From: Candidatus Omnitrophota bacterium
GTDB lineage: Bacteria > Omnitrophota > Gorgyraeia > Zapsychrales > Fredricksoniimonadaceae
Reading direction: 5' to 3'
Length of the DNA stretch: 64,000 bases
NCBI GenBank assembly: GCA_037131245.1
Contig: JBAXRK010000005.1
Location: forward strand, 5,475 to 69,474
This document shows positions 18,112 to 27,774 of this stretch, piece after piece. Position numbers and translations under genes: made by a program. Each line of letters starts with the position of its first letter. Position 1 is the first letter of the stretch. The notes beneath the pieces are model-generated. The model was not told the DNA's origin, ran no database searches, and was given only the letters and a program-made list of their open reading frames with translations.

Positions 18112-19153
18112 AGCCGTTTTTAACGGACTAAAAGCGCGCGGGTTCACGCAGGCGTCGATCGTGGACGCTCTCGACCACACCAACTCTTTCTTTAAAAAAG
18201 CGTATCCGGCCGGTTATGAGTATATGGTTGGGAAACTGCCGAAATTATGGGCGGCTTTCTTCGCCGTGACCGATAAGGATTGGGCGCAGCCGGTGTTCCA
18301 GGGGACGCGCCGGATCTATAATGGGCTTAACGCGGCCCCCCTGGTCAGGATGGTCAAAGAAGGAAAATTTGATGTTATTGTCACCGCGCATTTCCTGTCG
18401 ACGGAAGTGATCGGTGACCTGCGGGCGTCGGGGCAGTTGCCCGGGACGAAACTGGTCGCGATCGTCACGGATTATGATGTCCACAAGATATGGTATTCCA
18501 AAGGGGTGGATCTTTACCTGGTCGCATGTGACTATACTAAGAAACGGTTGGCGGCGATCGGCATTCCGCCGGAGCGGATCGCGGTGACCGGTATCCCGCT
18601 GGACGAAAAATTCATCGTGGCCCGCGACCGGGCTGCTTTGTGCCGGAAGATCGGGCTCAGAGAGAATACCTTCACGGTGCTGCTGTCAACGAGCTCTTTT
18701 GGGATGGGGCCGATCGAAGAACTGGCGGCACTGCTTCACGATCAGCAGATGATCATTATTACCGGCAATAATAAAGCCCTCTGCGGTCGCTTGACCGCGA
18801 AAGCGAACCCGCTGCACAAGGTGTTCGGGTTCGTTGATAACATGGAAGAACTGATGGCAGTGGCCGACGTGATGCTGACCAAGCCGGGTGGGCTGTCGGT
18901 CACGGAAGCGTTGGCTAACGCGCTGCCGTTGATCTTTTTTTCTGCCATCCCCGGCCAGGAAGCCGGTAATGTGAAGGTCCTGGCGCAGAGCGGTGTCGGT
19001 CTGAGCGATAAGTCGTTGCCCGAGATCGCTGCCGCCATCAAAGCCTTTGCCGCCGACCCCGCCAAGCTGGCGGCCGCGCGCGCCGCTTCCCGGGCGCTGG
19101 CACGTCCGAAGTCGGTCGAGGCCATCATTCAACACATTGTCACTGGCGTCTAG
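18032..19153 (+). CDS. GT28 / MGDG-synthase-like glycosyltransferase
   Basis: Track ORF 17999..19153; ATG 18032 has GGAGG 6 nt upstream; KILILHANAGAGHRKAAEAV N-terminus and C-terminal MLTKPGGLSVTEA motif. Confidence 0.7.
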   Translation: MTPSTSSSAKILILHANAGAGHRKAAEAVFNGLKARGFTQASIVDALDHTNSFFKKAYPAGYEYMVGKLPKLWAAFFAVTDKDWAQPVFQGTRRIYNGLNAAPLVRMVKEGKFDVIVTAHFLSTEVIGDLRASGQLPGTKLVAIVTDYDVHKIWYSKGVDLYLVACDYTKKRLAAIGIPPERIAVTGIPLDEKFIVARDRAALCRKIGLRENTFTVLLSTSSFGMGPIEELAALLHDQQMIIITGNNKALCGRLTAKANPLHKVFGFVDNMEELMAVADVMLTKPGGLSVTEALANALPLIFFSAIPGQEAGNVKVLAQSGVGLSDKSLPEIAAAIKAFAADPAKLAAARAASRALARPKSVEAIIQHIVTGV

Positions 19154-19159
19154 CTCCGC

Positions 19160-20812
19160 ATGATCGCGCATCTTGTTTTTCCCGTTCCGGTCGACAGTCA
19201 TTTTGATTATCTGATCCCGCCTGCTTTGGCCGGGAAGGTCGTGCCGGGTTGCCGCGTGCAGGCGGTTTTTGCCCGCAAGAAGAGCGTGGGGGTGGTCGTC
19301 GGCCTGGCCGAGCATTCTGACTATAAGGACCTGATCACCATCATCAAAGTGCTTGATGAAGTGCCGCTCTTTTCAGCGGCCATGCTGGCGTTCTGCCGGG
19401 ATTTCGCGACGCACAATGCCTGCTCATTCGGCGAGGCTTTATTCATGTGTTTACCGGCGGCGTTGCGCAAGGCCCGTCGCAAAGAGACCGGCGGTTGGGC
19501 ACAGGAGATCGCGGTATCAAAGCCGCAACCGCGACATGGCCTGATCTTCGACGCATCATTTGACAAGCGCTGGGAGATCCTGCTGCCACGCATGCGCGCT
19601 GAATTGGAGGCGGGGCGGAGCGTTCTGGTTCTTGTCCCGGAGAGCTCTTGCCTGGAAGAAGTTTTGCCCCATCTCGGGCCCTTGGTTGGACCGGAAGGGC
19701 GGGTCCTTTTACGTCACGATACCGAAAAAGAAGAATACGCGCGCTGGCTTAAGGTCCGCCGGGGAGAGGCGAAGCTGGTGGTCGGTTTCTTGTCGGCTGT
19801 ATTCGCCCCGGCGCAGTCGCTGGGATTGATTGTGGTGGTGGATGAGGAAAGCCGGTTTTATAAGAACGACCAGACCCCTTTTTACCACGCGCGCGAAGCC
19901 GCGTTCCTGCGCGCGCAAAAAGAAAAAGCTTCGCTTATATGTGTATCGAGCGCTCCTTCGGTTGAATTGTGGCGTGAGGTTGCGCAACAGCGCGTGGCCC
20001 TTGAGCGGGTGGAGGCACCGTTGCCGTCTGTCCGGTTCTTGGATGTTTCCAATTTCAAAATGAAGAAGGGCAGCTTACTTTCGCCTGGATTGCGCCTTCA
20101 TTTGGAAAAAGTGCTTAAAGAGCGCGGGAAAGCATTGCTTTATGTGCCGGCGGCAAAAGGGGTCGGGTATGTGCTCGAGGAGATCCGGAAGTATATGCCA
20201 AGCGCCAGGGCGGCCGGATATGAGAAGTCGTCTTCCGCCCGGCCCGACGTGGATATCCTGGTGGCCACGCAAGCTATTTTCCGCTTCCGTGGCCGGGTCA
20301 CCTATGATTTCGCGGCGGCGCTGGATATCGATTATGAATTTCATAAGGCCGATCATCGTGCGGCGCATGGGGCGTTCGCTCTGGTGCAGTATTTGCGCCA
20401 AATGTCGCGCAAGCCGGTCCTGGTGCAGACCCGCGATCCCAAAAGCCCTCAGTTGCATGCGATCGCGGATGATGGCCATGAAAAGTTTTATGCCCAGGAA
20501 ATACAGTTGCGCGAGGAGGTGGGGTTTCCGCCGTTCGGCGTTTTTGTCGCGCTGGTCGTCCGCTCGGCTGATCCTGAACTTGCTTGCGCGGAGTGTAAAA
20601 GGCTTTATGATATGTTGACCGCGGCCGCTTCTGAGGGGGTCAATGTGATGGAGCCCCAGCAGGACCGGGCGGCTATTGTGCGCGGCAAGTTCCGTTGGCG
20701 CGTGATCTTGCAGGGCATGGACAGGGCCGGGACCGTTGCCATGGCGCGCGGGGTGGCCCTTAAATTCCGCGGAAAAAAGGACACCGTTCTAACGGTGAAT
20801 ATCGACCCATGA
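19160..20812 (+). CDS. priA: primosomal protein N' (PriA)-like, short form with degenerate helicase motifs
   Basis: N-terminal 3' DNA-binding-type region (FPVPVDSHFDYLIP...GCRVQAVF...VGVVVGL), LVLVPE, VVVDEES, ILVATQ; sits directly upstream of fmt as priA often does. Confidence 0.65.
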   Translation: MIAHLVFPVPVDSHFDYLIPPALAGKVVPGCRVQAVFARKKSVGVVVGLAEHSDYKDLITIIKVLDEVPLFSAAMLAFCRDFATHNACSFGEALFMCLPAALRKARRKETGGWAQEIAVSKPQPRHGLIFDASFDKRWEILLPRMRAELEAGRSVLVLVPESSCLEEVLPHLGPLVGPEGRVLLRHDTEKEEYARWLKVRRGEAKLVVGFLSAVFAPAQSLGLIVVVDEESRFYKNDQTPFYHAREAAFLRAQKEKASLICVSSAPSVELWREVAQQRVALERVEAPLPSVRFLDVSNFKMKKGSLLSPGLRLHLEKVLKERGKALLYVPAAKGVGYVLEEIRKYMPSARAAGYEKSSSARPDVDILVATQAIFRFRGRVTYDFAAALDIDYEFHKADHRAAHGAFALVQYLRQMSRKPVLVQTRDPKSPQLHAIADDGHEKFYAQEIQLREEVGFPPFGVFVALVVRSADPELACAECKRLYDMLTAAASEGVNVMEPQQDRAAIVRGKFRWRVILQGMDRAGTVAMARGVALKFRGKKDTVLTVNIDP

Positions 20813-21753
20813 GGATCGTTTTCTTTGGCTGCGACGATTTTGCGGCGGTCAGCCTTCAGCGTTTGATCGACGAGGGGCATACGCTGGCCGCGCTGGTGAC
20901 CCAGCCCGACCGCCCCAGCGGGCGTGGATTGCAGGTCATCTCCGGCCCGACCAAAGAAATGGGGTTGCGCCACGCCATCGAGGTTTTGCAGCCGCAGGAC
21001 CTTAATGCCAGCGAGGTTATCAGCAAACTAAAAGAGTATGCCGCGGACGTTTTTGTGGTGGTGGCCTACGGGAAATTCCTGCCCGCGGCGGTGCTGGGTA
21101 TCCCAAAATATTTTTGCGTGAATGTTCATCCGTCCTTATTACCGAAATACCGGGGGGCCGCGCCTGTTAACTGGGCGGTGATCAATGGCGATACGCTAAC
21201 GGGGGTTACGCTCATCAGGATGGATCCTTCCATGGATGGCGGCGATATTCTTGCTCAAGAGCCTTATCCTGTTCCTGAAGAGATGACGGCGGCCGCGTTA
21301 AGGGATCGTTTGGCCGTCTTCGGTGCCGATATGCTGGCCGGCTTGTTGCCGCGGATACCGTCAGGGGCATTCACTTGCGTTAAACAGGACGGGGCGCTAG
21401 CGACCCGCGCGCCTAAACTCAGCAAGGAACTTGGCCACATCCATTGGCAGGACAGCGCGAAAAAGATCCATGACCTTGTTCGGGGAACGCAACCCTGGCC
21501 GGGGGCGTTTACATATTTCAATGGAAAGCTACTGAAGGTCTTAGAGGTTGGTGTGGCAGATGTCGCTGAGGCCTGCTCTACGGCAGCAACGAAGCCGGGG
21601 GAGATCCTTGAGCTACGTAAGGATGGTTTTTGCGTTCAGGCCGGCGATCGGGCGGTGCTGGTCAAGCGCGTGCATCCGGCTGGGGGCAAAGCCATGGATG
21701 CCCGCAGTTTTTGTGCCGGGCATAAGCTGTCTACGGGTGATAAGCTGGGTTGA
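20809..21753 (+). CDS. fmt: methionyl-tRNA formyltransferase
   Basis: MRIVFFG...VTQPDRPSGRG...NVHPSLLPKYRGAAP...DGGDIL plus C-terminal Fmt domain; ATGA overlap with priA. Confidence 0.9.
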   Translation: MRIVFFGCDDFAAVSLQRLIDEGHTLAALVTQPDRPSGRGLQVISGPTKEMGLRHAIEVLQPQDLNASEVISKLKEYAADVFVVVAYGKFLPAAVLGIPKYFCVNVHPSLLPKYRGAAPVNWAVINGDTLTGVTLIRMDPSMDGGDILAQEPYPVPEEMTAAALRDRLAVFGADMLAGLLPRIPSGAFTCVKQDGALATRAPKLSKELGHIHWQDSAKKIHDLVRGTQPWPGAFTYFNGKLLKVLEVGVADVAEACSTAATKPGEILELRKDGFCVQAGDRAVLVKRVHPAGGKAMDARSFCAGHKLSTGDKLG

Positions 21754-21759
21754 AAGGGG

Positions 21760-23298
21760 ATGGTTTCGATGAAAAAAGCGGTTGATATGTTGCAAGGGTT
21801 GTGCGGCTTTGCGTTGATCGTGATCGCGGCCCAGCTCTTGGCCTATCATTACGGTTTTATTGTTTATCCGTTTCCCAATGAATACCGTGAAGGGGCCATG
21901 CTGACCACCACGGCCGGCCTGGTCCGTGGGGTTAATCCTTTCGATCTGCAAAACCAGCCGCAGTACATGAATGACTATGGCATTTTTTATTCCCTGGTGA
22001 CGTATCCTTTTGCCAAAGTGTTCGGTGTCACGATGCTGGTCCATCGGTCGGTGACCGCGTTCTTTATTTTTGCCTGCGGCGGGGTGATGCTTTGGGTCAT
22101 GCGCAGGCTTAAGGCCGCGTGGCTTCCGACAGCCGCGGCTGTCGTGATCTTTTACGGATGCTGCCTGTTCCGGGCCACCACAACGCCGATGGCGAACCCG
22201 TCCTCGTTGGGGGTATTTCTCTTTTTGTCGGCTTTGCTTGTGCCCTGGTCCCGGGGTTTTTCCTACCGGACATTGTTACTGAGCGCCGCTCTCGGGATCC
22301 TGGGGTATTACACCAAACCGTATTTTCTTCTGAGCGTTCCGATGCTGGCGGCATATCTTTTTGTCTTTGTTTCGAAAAGAAAGGCGGCGGCCTATTTGCT
22401 GGCGTTCGCGGGGATGGCGTACGGCAGCATTTTGTTCGTCCATCATCAATGGAATTGTTATTTCGCGAATTGTTTCTTCTTGCATACTAATCCGGGCTGG
22501 ATGTCCTGGGGGCAGTCGGTGCGGCAGTTCAAGGAGTATGTTTCGATCAATAACATGGTGCTGTTGACGTCGTTTGTGGCGTTGGGGTATCAGGCTTTCC
22601 GGTCTCGCGAGGCATCTTGGAAAGCGATCAGGGGGTGCTGTTTCTTGAAGGGGCCCTGGTCGATGTCGTTCATTCTTTATTGTACGCTTTGCTGTCTTGT
22701 GGTCCTGGTTTTCTGGCTGGGCAAGCATGAAGAGGCGTATCTCTGGTATTATTTTCATCTGCTTTCGCCTTTCTTGCTTATTTGTATGGCCGTAACCCTC
22801 AGCCGGCAATGGTCCTGGGCAGTATTTCTGGCCCCTTTGTTGGTGTGGAATTGCTGGACGGTAAGCCGCAATCCGCTGGCCGTCAAGCTTGACCGTAATG
22901 ACCCGGACTGGAGCCATGCCGCGCAATTGATCGCCTCCCATAAGGACATCCTTAACACGCCGCTCATTGCGCCGCTGCTGGTGGAACGTGGCTTGCCGGT
23001 ATACGACAATGGCTTGTCGGAATATTTCAAGAAGGGGGCTTACCGGGATAGTGATCTGATCCGTCATTTTTCCAAAGGAGACCCCCGGATCATCATGCGA
23101 CATTATGCGTTCCTCAATGAGGTGAAAGAAAAGATCAAGGCCCGTGCTTTTGACCTGGTGATGATCGTTTATGATTACGCGCCTTTGGTGCCGGGTGAAT
23201 TGACCGGGTTTTATCACCCTGTCGGGCAGATAATGCTTCCGGTCCCGGCGTTGGGAACGTCCTGGCGGGTGATCGTGTGGGTGCCTAATGACCGGTGA
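21760..23298 (+). CDS. polytopic membrane protein, GT-C-like glycosyltransferase candidate
   Basis: About 12 hydrophobic segments plus C-terminal soluble region; ATG 21769 may be the true start (better spacing from GGGG). Confidence 0.55.
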   Translation: MVSMKKAVDMLQGLCGFALIVIAAQLLAYHYGFIVYPFPNEYREGAMLTTTAGLVRGVNPFDLQNQPQYMNDYGIFYSLVTYPFAKVFGVTMLVHRSVTAFFIFACGGVMLWVMRRLKAAWLPTAAAVVIFYGCCLFRATTTPMANPSSLGVFLFLSALLVPWSRGFSYRTLLLSAALGILGYYTKPYFLLSVPMLAAYLFVFVSKRKAAAYLLAFAGMAYGSILFVHHQWNCYFANCFFLHTNPGWMSWGQSVRQFKEYVSINNMVLLTSFVALGYQAFRSREASWKAIRGCCFLKGPWSMSFILYCTLCCLVVLVFWLGKHEEAYLWYYFHLLSPFLLICMAVTLSRQWSWAVFLAPLLVWNCWTVSRNPLAVKLDRNDPDWSHAAQLIASHKDILNTPLIAPLLVERGLPVYDNGLSEYFKKGAYRDSDLIRHFSKGDPRIIMRHYAFLNEVKEKIKARAFDLVMIVYDYAPLVPGELTGFYHPVGQIMLPVPALGTSWRVIVWVPNDR

Positions 23299-24013
23299 AC
23301 GGGCGGGGGCTTCTTTATCGGTCGTGATGCCGGTGTTCAACGAGGAAAAGAACATCGAGGCGGCATTGTCGCGGACCATGGCGTCGCTTGAGGCTTTGAA
23401 GATCGTTTGGGAGATCGTGGTGGTCAATGATGCCAGCCGGGATGGCACGTCGGCGTTGGCGCGTCAGCTGGCCGCCGGATCCAGTCGGGTGAAAGTGGTC
23501 GAACATCATGTTAATCAGGGCATAGGGAGGGCCTTTCGCACAGGCATAGAGAACGCGTCCCTTGATTATGTGATCCTGATACCGGCGGATAATCCGCCCG
23601 CGCCAGATGATCTCCGGCCTTTTCTGGGGCCCATGGGATCGTTCGATATTATCGCCGGCGTCAGGGAGCGGCGTGAAGGATATACGCCGATACTGGCATT
23701 CCTGTCGTATTGTTATAACCGGATCTTTATTCCGCTCCTATTTGGCCTGCGTCTTCGTGACGTTAACTGGATCCAGGCGTATCGCCGGTCTATTTTTACC
23801 GAGGGTGGAATAAGGATCGAACATCCCGGGATATTCTTTTTTGTGGAAGTCCTGGTGAAGGCCAAGCGCAAAGGTTTTTCGATCATTGAAGTTCCCTCGC
23901 GCATGCAAAAAAGGCTTTATGGCCGGCCGACCATATCGCGGTTGCCGGTCATCATGAGGATATTTCGTGACGCGGTCGGGTTCTTTTTTCAGGGTTTGGC
24001 GGCACGCCGGTGA
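23288..24013 (+). CDS. glycosyltransferase family 2, polyprenyl/dolichyl-phosphate sugar synthase-like
   Basis: LSVVMPVFNEEKNI...VVVNDASRDGT...IPADNP motif set. Confidence 0.7.
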   Translation: MTGERAGASLSVVMPVFNEEKNIEAALSRTMASLEALKIVWEIVVVNDASRDGTSALARQLAAGSSRVKVVEHHVNQGIGRAFRTGIENASLDYVILIPADNPPAPDDLRPFLGPMGSFDIIAGVRERREGYTPILAFLSYCYNRIFIPLLFGLRLRDVNWIQAYRRSIFTEGGIRIEHPGIFFFVEVLVKAKRKGFSIIEVPSRMQKRLYGRPTISRLPVIMRIFRDAVGFFFQGLAARR

Positions 24014-24034
24014 TCATTACTTGGAAGGGGAAAT

Positions 24035-24454
24035 ATGCTTAATTTACCTGTGGGTGACATCATGAACGACCATCCTATTAAGGTGAAGGCGGATACGTTG
24101 GTGAAGAACGTGGCGCATTTGCTGTTACGGATCCGCGTTAGCGGGGTCCTGGTGATGGATGTGCGCGATCCCGAAAAGCTGGTCGGGGTTTTCACGATCA
24201 GGGACCTGCTGCATTTGATGGGTGAATCGGTGTCCCGCCGGCGCCAGAAGATGCAGGCGTTAAGTTCGGTGGGGAATCAGCCGGTCGGGAATTTTATCAA
24301 GGACCCCCTGGTCACGCTTCAAGTCAATGACAGCGCCGCCAAAGCGGTCGGCCTGATGCATAAGAAAGACGCGGTCACGATCCCTGTTTATGACGGGGGC
24401 CGGCTGGTGGGTGTTGTCGGCCGGCATGATATCATTAATGTCGCATTTCAGTAA
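24035..24454 (+). CDS. CBS-domain pair protein
   Basis: Two CBS repeats (VGDIMNDHPIKV...SGVLVMD; FIKDPLVTLQ...TIPVYDGGRLVGVVGRHDI). Confidence 0.7.
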   Translation: MLNLPVGDIMNDHPIKVKADTLVKNVAHLLLRIRVSGVLVMDVRDPEKLVGVFTIRDLLHLMGESVSRRRQKMQALSSVGNQPVGNFIKDPLVTLQVNDSAAKAVGLMHKKDAVTIPVYDGGRLVGVVGRHDIINVAFQ

Positions 24455-24476
24455 AGAGCGCGGGTCTGTAAACTTT

Positions 24477-25973
24477 ATGTCTATTGTCCTGGTCAATCCG
24501 AATCTGGTGGTGCAGAAGGCCGATCCTTTGACGACGGGAGTCGTGTATATGCCTATAACGCTGGCGTATGTGGCGGCAGCTTTACGCGCGAGCGGGCTAT
24601 CGGTCGATGTTATTGACGCTTATGGTGAGGCCCCGCTGCAAGCAAGGTCGCCGTCGGGGGCCGGTGCTTTCTGGATGTTCGGGCTCTCGGAAGACGAGGT
24701 TATCGCCCGTGTTCCCCGGGAGCCGCGCCTGTTCATTGTTTATGCCATTAACTTAACTAATCATGTTTCCACCGTCGGGATCGTCCGGAGCCTGAAACGT
24801 CATTTCCCTGATGTGCCATTGCTCGTGCTGGAGAATCCTAACGCGGTCACCGCTTACGCGTTAAATGAGGTAAAAGGGGCATTTTTTGAAGCCGGTGCGG
24901 ATTTTATCCTGACAGGTTACGCCGAACGCTCGGCGGTCGCGTTGGCGAAGGCCGTCTGCGATGGGCTGGCTATTAATAAAGCCTGCGGGATCCTTGGCCT
25001 GGGGGGGCGGGATTTTAAGACAGCGCCGGCTTTGGAGCAGGACGTTGAGCTGCCGTATCCGGCCTGGGACCTGTTCCCGCTCAAGAATTACTGGAGTTTG
25101 CGTTTTGCCCATGGCCCTGTTACAGGCCGGAAATATTTGCCTATCCTCACTTCACGCGGTTGCCCTTATGGCTGCCGGTTCTGTGTTACCCCTGCGGTCT
25201 CAGGGCAGCATTGGCATGGCCGGGAACCCGGGGATGTGGTTGCCGAGATGGCTTTTTGGAAGAAGTCCCAGGGGGTTGAGGAATTTCATTTTGAAGACCT
25301 TAATCCGACGGTCTCCGAAGACCGGATCCGGCGGATCTGCGAGGATCTGCTGGCCCGGAAGCTTGAAGTGACGTGGAAATTGGTGTCCGGGACTAAAGCG
25401 GAAACCATTCGGGATATGGCTACGGTGGACTTGATGGCCAGAGCCGGATGCCGGTACGTATCGATCTCACCGGAAACCGGTTCGGCGCGTGTTTTGCAAT
25501 CGATGGGCAAGCCTTTTGATGTGCCTCACGGGATGCGCCTGCTGCGGGCTTTGGGGCAGGCGGGGATCTATTCGCAGGCCTGCTTTGTCCTCGGGTTCCC
25601 CGGCGAGGAAGACAGCGACCGTGTGCTGACCGAAAAACTGGTCCGCGAAGCGGTACAAAGCGGCGTGGATGAGATCGCGCTGTTCGTGATCACGCCGGTG
25701 CCGGGATCGGCCATTTTCCGGGAATTCAATGGCTATTCTTCTTTATCCGAGTTAAACTTTTCTCCGGTTTGGCGCAAGGATTACGTGAAACTCAGCGCCT
25801 TTCGCCGACGGCTTTACGCCAAATTCCTTTGGTGGAAGTTGCGCTATCGCCCGGGGGCGTTGCTGGCCCAGCCGTGGCGTTTTCTGACGAGGAAGTTTGA
25901 AACCAAGATGGAAATGGTCCCGTATCGGGCGGCGGTTTTATTCTTGGCCGGCAGCCGGAAAGGAAAAAAATGA
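24477..25973 (+). CDS. B12-binding-domain radical SAM protein
   Basis: Track ORF 24390..25973; ATG 24477 (MSIVLVNPN) starts the B12-binding-like domain; CxxxCxxC cluster in TSRGCPYGCRFC. Confidence 0.75.
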   Translation: MSIVLVNPNLVVQKADPLTTGVVYMPITLAYVAAALRASGLSVDVIDAYGEAPLQARSPSGAGAFWMFGLSEDEVIARVPREPRLFIVYAINLTNHVSTVGIVRSLKRHFPDVPLLVLENPNAVTAYALNEVKGAFFEAGADFILTGYAERSAVALAKAVCDGLAINKACGILGLGGRDFKTAPALEQDVELPYPAWDLFPLKNYWSLRFAHGPVTGRKYLPILTSRGCPYGCRFCVTPAVSGQHWHGREPGDVVAEMAFWKKSQGVEEFHFEDLNPTVSEDRIRRICEDLLARKLEVTWKLVSGTKAETIRDMATVDLMARAGCRYVSISPETGSARVLQSMGKPFDVPHGMRLLRALGQAGIYSQACFVLGFPGEEDSDRVLTEKLVREAVQSGVDEIALFVITPVPGSAIFREFNGYSSLSELNFSPVWRKDYVKLSAFRRRLYAKFLWWKLRYRPGALLAQPWRFLTRKFETKMEMVPYRAAVLFLAGSRKGKK

Positions 25974-26869
25974 AGGATCCCAGGATCGTGGTGGCGATCC
26001 CTTGTTATAACGAGGAAGCGTCTATTGCGGACGTTGTCCGCGATTTTCAGCGCCATTTACCCGAAGCGGAAGTCCATGTTTTCGACAATGCGTCCACTGA
26101 CCGGAGTGCCGCTTTAGCGGCGGAGGCGGGCGCGGTGGTCCACGCGGTCCTGCGCCGGGGCAAGGGCAATGTCATGCGGCGGGTATTGGGTTCTTTTCCG
26201 GTTGACGCGCTGATCATTATTGACGGTGACGGCACCTACCTGGCGGAGGACGCGCGCCGCCTGCTCGCGCCGGTCCTGGAAGGGCGGGCTGACATGACCG
26301 TCGGCGACCGGTTGGAGAAAGCCGACCGCCATGCGCTGGTCGAGATGCACCGTTTTGGTAATGAGGTCATCGTAGCGACCATCAACATGGCTTTTGGCAC
26401 GGCGTTCAAAGATGTCTTGTCGGGCTATCGTTGCCTGGGGAGGCGCTTCATCGAAGAAGTTCCGCTTCTTACACCCGGATTTGAGACTGAGGTGGAGCTT
26501 ACCCTGCAGGCCTTGGAAGATGAGATGGAGATCCTTGAGGTCCCGGTCGCATATCGGAGCCGGCCGGTAAACAGCTGCTCAAAGCTGAGGCCTTATTCTG
26601 ACGGGTGGCGGATCATCCTGACGATCGCGATGCTGCTCCGGGACCATTATCCGTTGCGCTTTCATTTCGCGGTCGGGAGTTTATTGTTTTTGACGTCCGC
26701 GGCCGTGCTTTTCTTACGGCATGGCTTTGTGGCCGCTTTTCTGGCCTTGCTGGCTTTTTTTGTGGTCGGCCAGGGTTTTCTTCTTAACACCATCGGGACG
26801 AGGTTCCGGGAGTTTAAACAGATCAGTTTGCGTTTGAGGAGATTTGATGATGAGCGCCGCGGGAAATGA
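25970..26869 (+). CDS. glycosyltransferase family 2 with C-terminal TM helices
   Basis: IVVAIPCYNEEASI...FDNASTDRS...IIIDGDGTY; two C-terminal hydrophobic helices; ATGA overlap upstream. Confidence 0.75.
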   Translation: MKDPRIVVAIPCYNEEASIADVVRDFQRHLPEAEVHVFDNASTDRSAALAAEAGAVVHAVLRRGKGNVMRRVLGSFPVDALIIIDGDGTYLAEDARRLLAPVLEGRADMTVGDRLEKADRHALVEMHRFGNEVIVATINMAFGTAFKDVLSGYRCLGRRFIEEVPLLTPGFETEVELTLQALEDEMEILEVPVAYRSRPVNSCSKLRPYSDGWRIILTIAMLLRDHYPLRFHFAVGSLLFLTSAAVLFLRHGFVAAFLALLAFFVVGQGFLLNTIGTRFREFKQISLRLRRFDDERRGK

Positions 26870-27767
26870 TTGTTTTGAGCAGGTGATGTGCAATGTGTGC
26901 GGGGCGGATGATCCTCAGGAGATCTATCCCGCGACGTATAAGGACGACCGCGCGGAGAATATTGTTGAGACATTCCGTTCTTCAGGGGACGAGACGCTCG
27001 TTGACCGCCTGGTTCGGTGCCGGCGCTGCGGCTTTCAGTATTTAAATCCGCGTTTAAAGGCTGAACTGGTCCTGCAGGGCTATTCTGGCGGCGAGGATCA
27101 GGTTTTTGTTTCTCAGGCTGAGTCGCGGGAGAAAACCTTTGATGAGGCGCTGGGGTCTATCGAAAAAATGCTTCCGGCCAAAGGCCGGGTCCTGGATGTC
27201 GGCACGGCAGGAGGATCGTTCCTGGCGGTCGCTCGCCGTCGGGGCTGGGAGACGGCCGGGTGCGAGCCGAACCGCTGGCTCTGCTCCTGGGCAGGAAGCC
27301 ATTACGGCCTGGCGGTGACGCCGGGCACGATCTTTGATATGCGTTTGGCGGACGCGTCCTTCGATCTGGTGACGCTCTGGGATGTGCTCGAGCATACGCC
27401 GGATCCCCGTCGCGTTCTACAGGAATGCCGGCGGGTCCTTAAGCCCGGCGGGATCCTGGTTGTCAATTATCCTGATATCGGTTCCTGGATCGCCCGGATG
27501 ATGGGGCGGCGCTGGGTGTTTTTGCTATCCGTGCATTTGTATTATTTCGACCGGGTGACGATCCGGCGTTTACTTAAAGAAACCGGGTTTGAGATGACTT
27601 ACAGCCGGCCGCATTGGCAGAAGCTGGAGCTCGATTATATTTTATTGCGGATGCAGGCTTATGTTCCAGCGGTCCCCGGCCTTTTTCGAAAAGTGTTTGC
27701 CGCCTTAGGGCTTAAGAATGCCAAGGTCGCGTACTGGATGGGCCAGACACTGGCCATCGCAAAATAA
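26847..27767 (+). CDS. class I SAM-dependent methyltransferase with N-terminal Cys4 zinc ribbon
   Basis: CNVCG...CRRCG ribbon; VLDVGTAGG motif I; FDLVTLWDVLEH; GAGGAG Shine-Dalgarno 5 nt upstream of ATG 26847. Confidence 0.7.
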   Translation: MMSAAGNDCFEQVMCNVCGADDPQEIYPATYKDDRAENIVETFRSSGDETLVDRLVRCRRCGFQYLNPRLKAELVLQGYSGGEDQVFVSQAESREKTFDEALGSIEKMLPAKGRVLDVGTAGGSFLAVARRRGWETAGCEPNRWLCSWAGSHYGLAVTPGTIFDMRLADASFDLVTLWDVLEHTPDPRRVLQECRRVLKPGGILVVNYPDIGSWIARMMGRRWVFLLSVHLYYFDRVTIRRLLKETGFEMTYSRPHWQKLELDYILLRMQAYVPAVPGLFRKVFAALGLKNAKVAYWMGQTLAIAK

Positions 27768-27774
27768 GGTGTTT

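Noticed and set aside
22276-23448. 390-aa minus-strand ORF antisense to the 21760..23298 membrane-protein gene and the following GT2 gene
   Set aside because: Arg/Pro/Gln/His-rich low-complexity translation with no recognisable motifs. It is a typical shadow ORF of a GC-rich coding strand, and the plus-strand genes have clear TM and GT2 motifs.
24477-26869. B12-radical SAM plus GT2 considered as hopanoid HpnJ/HpnI-type genes
   Set aside because: No squalene-hopene cyclase, HpnH, HpnG or HpnK-like genes are in the window, and the GT2 looks like a DPM1/GtrB-type enzyme rather than an HpnI-type one. There is no sequence basis for the assignment.
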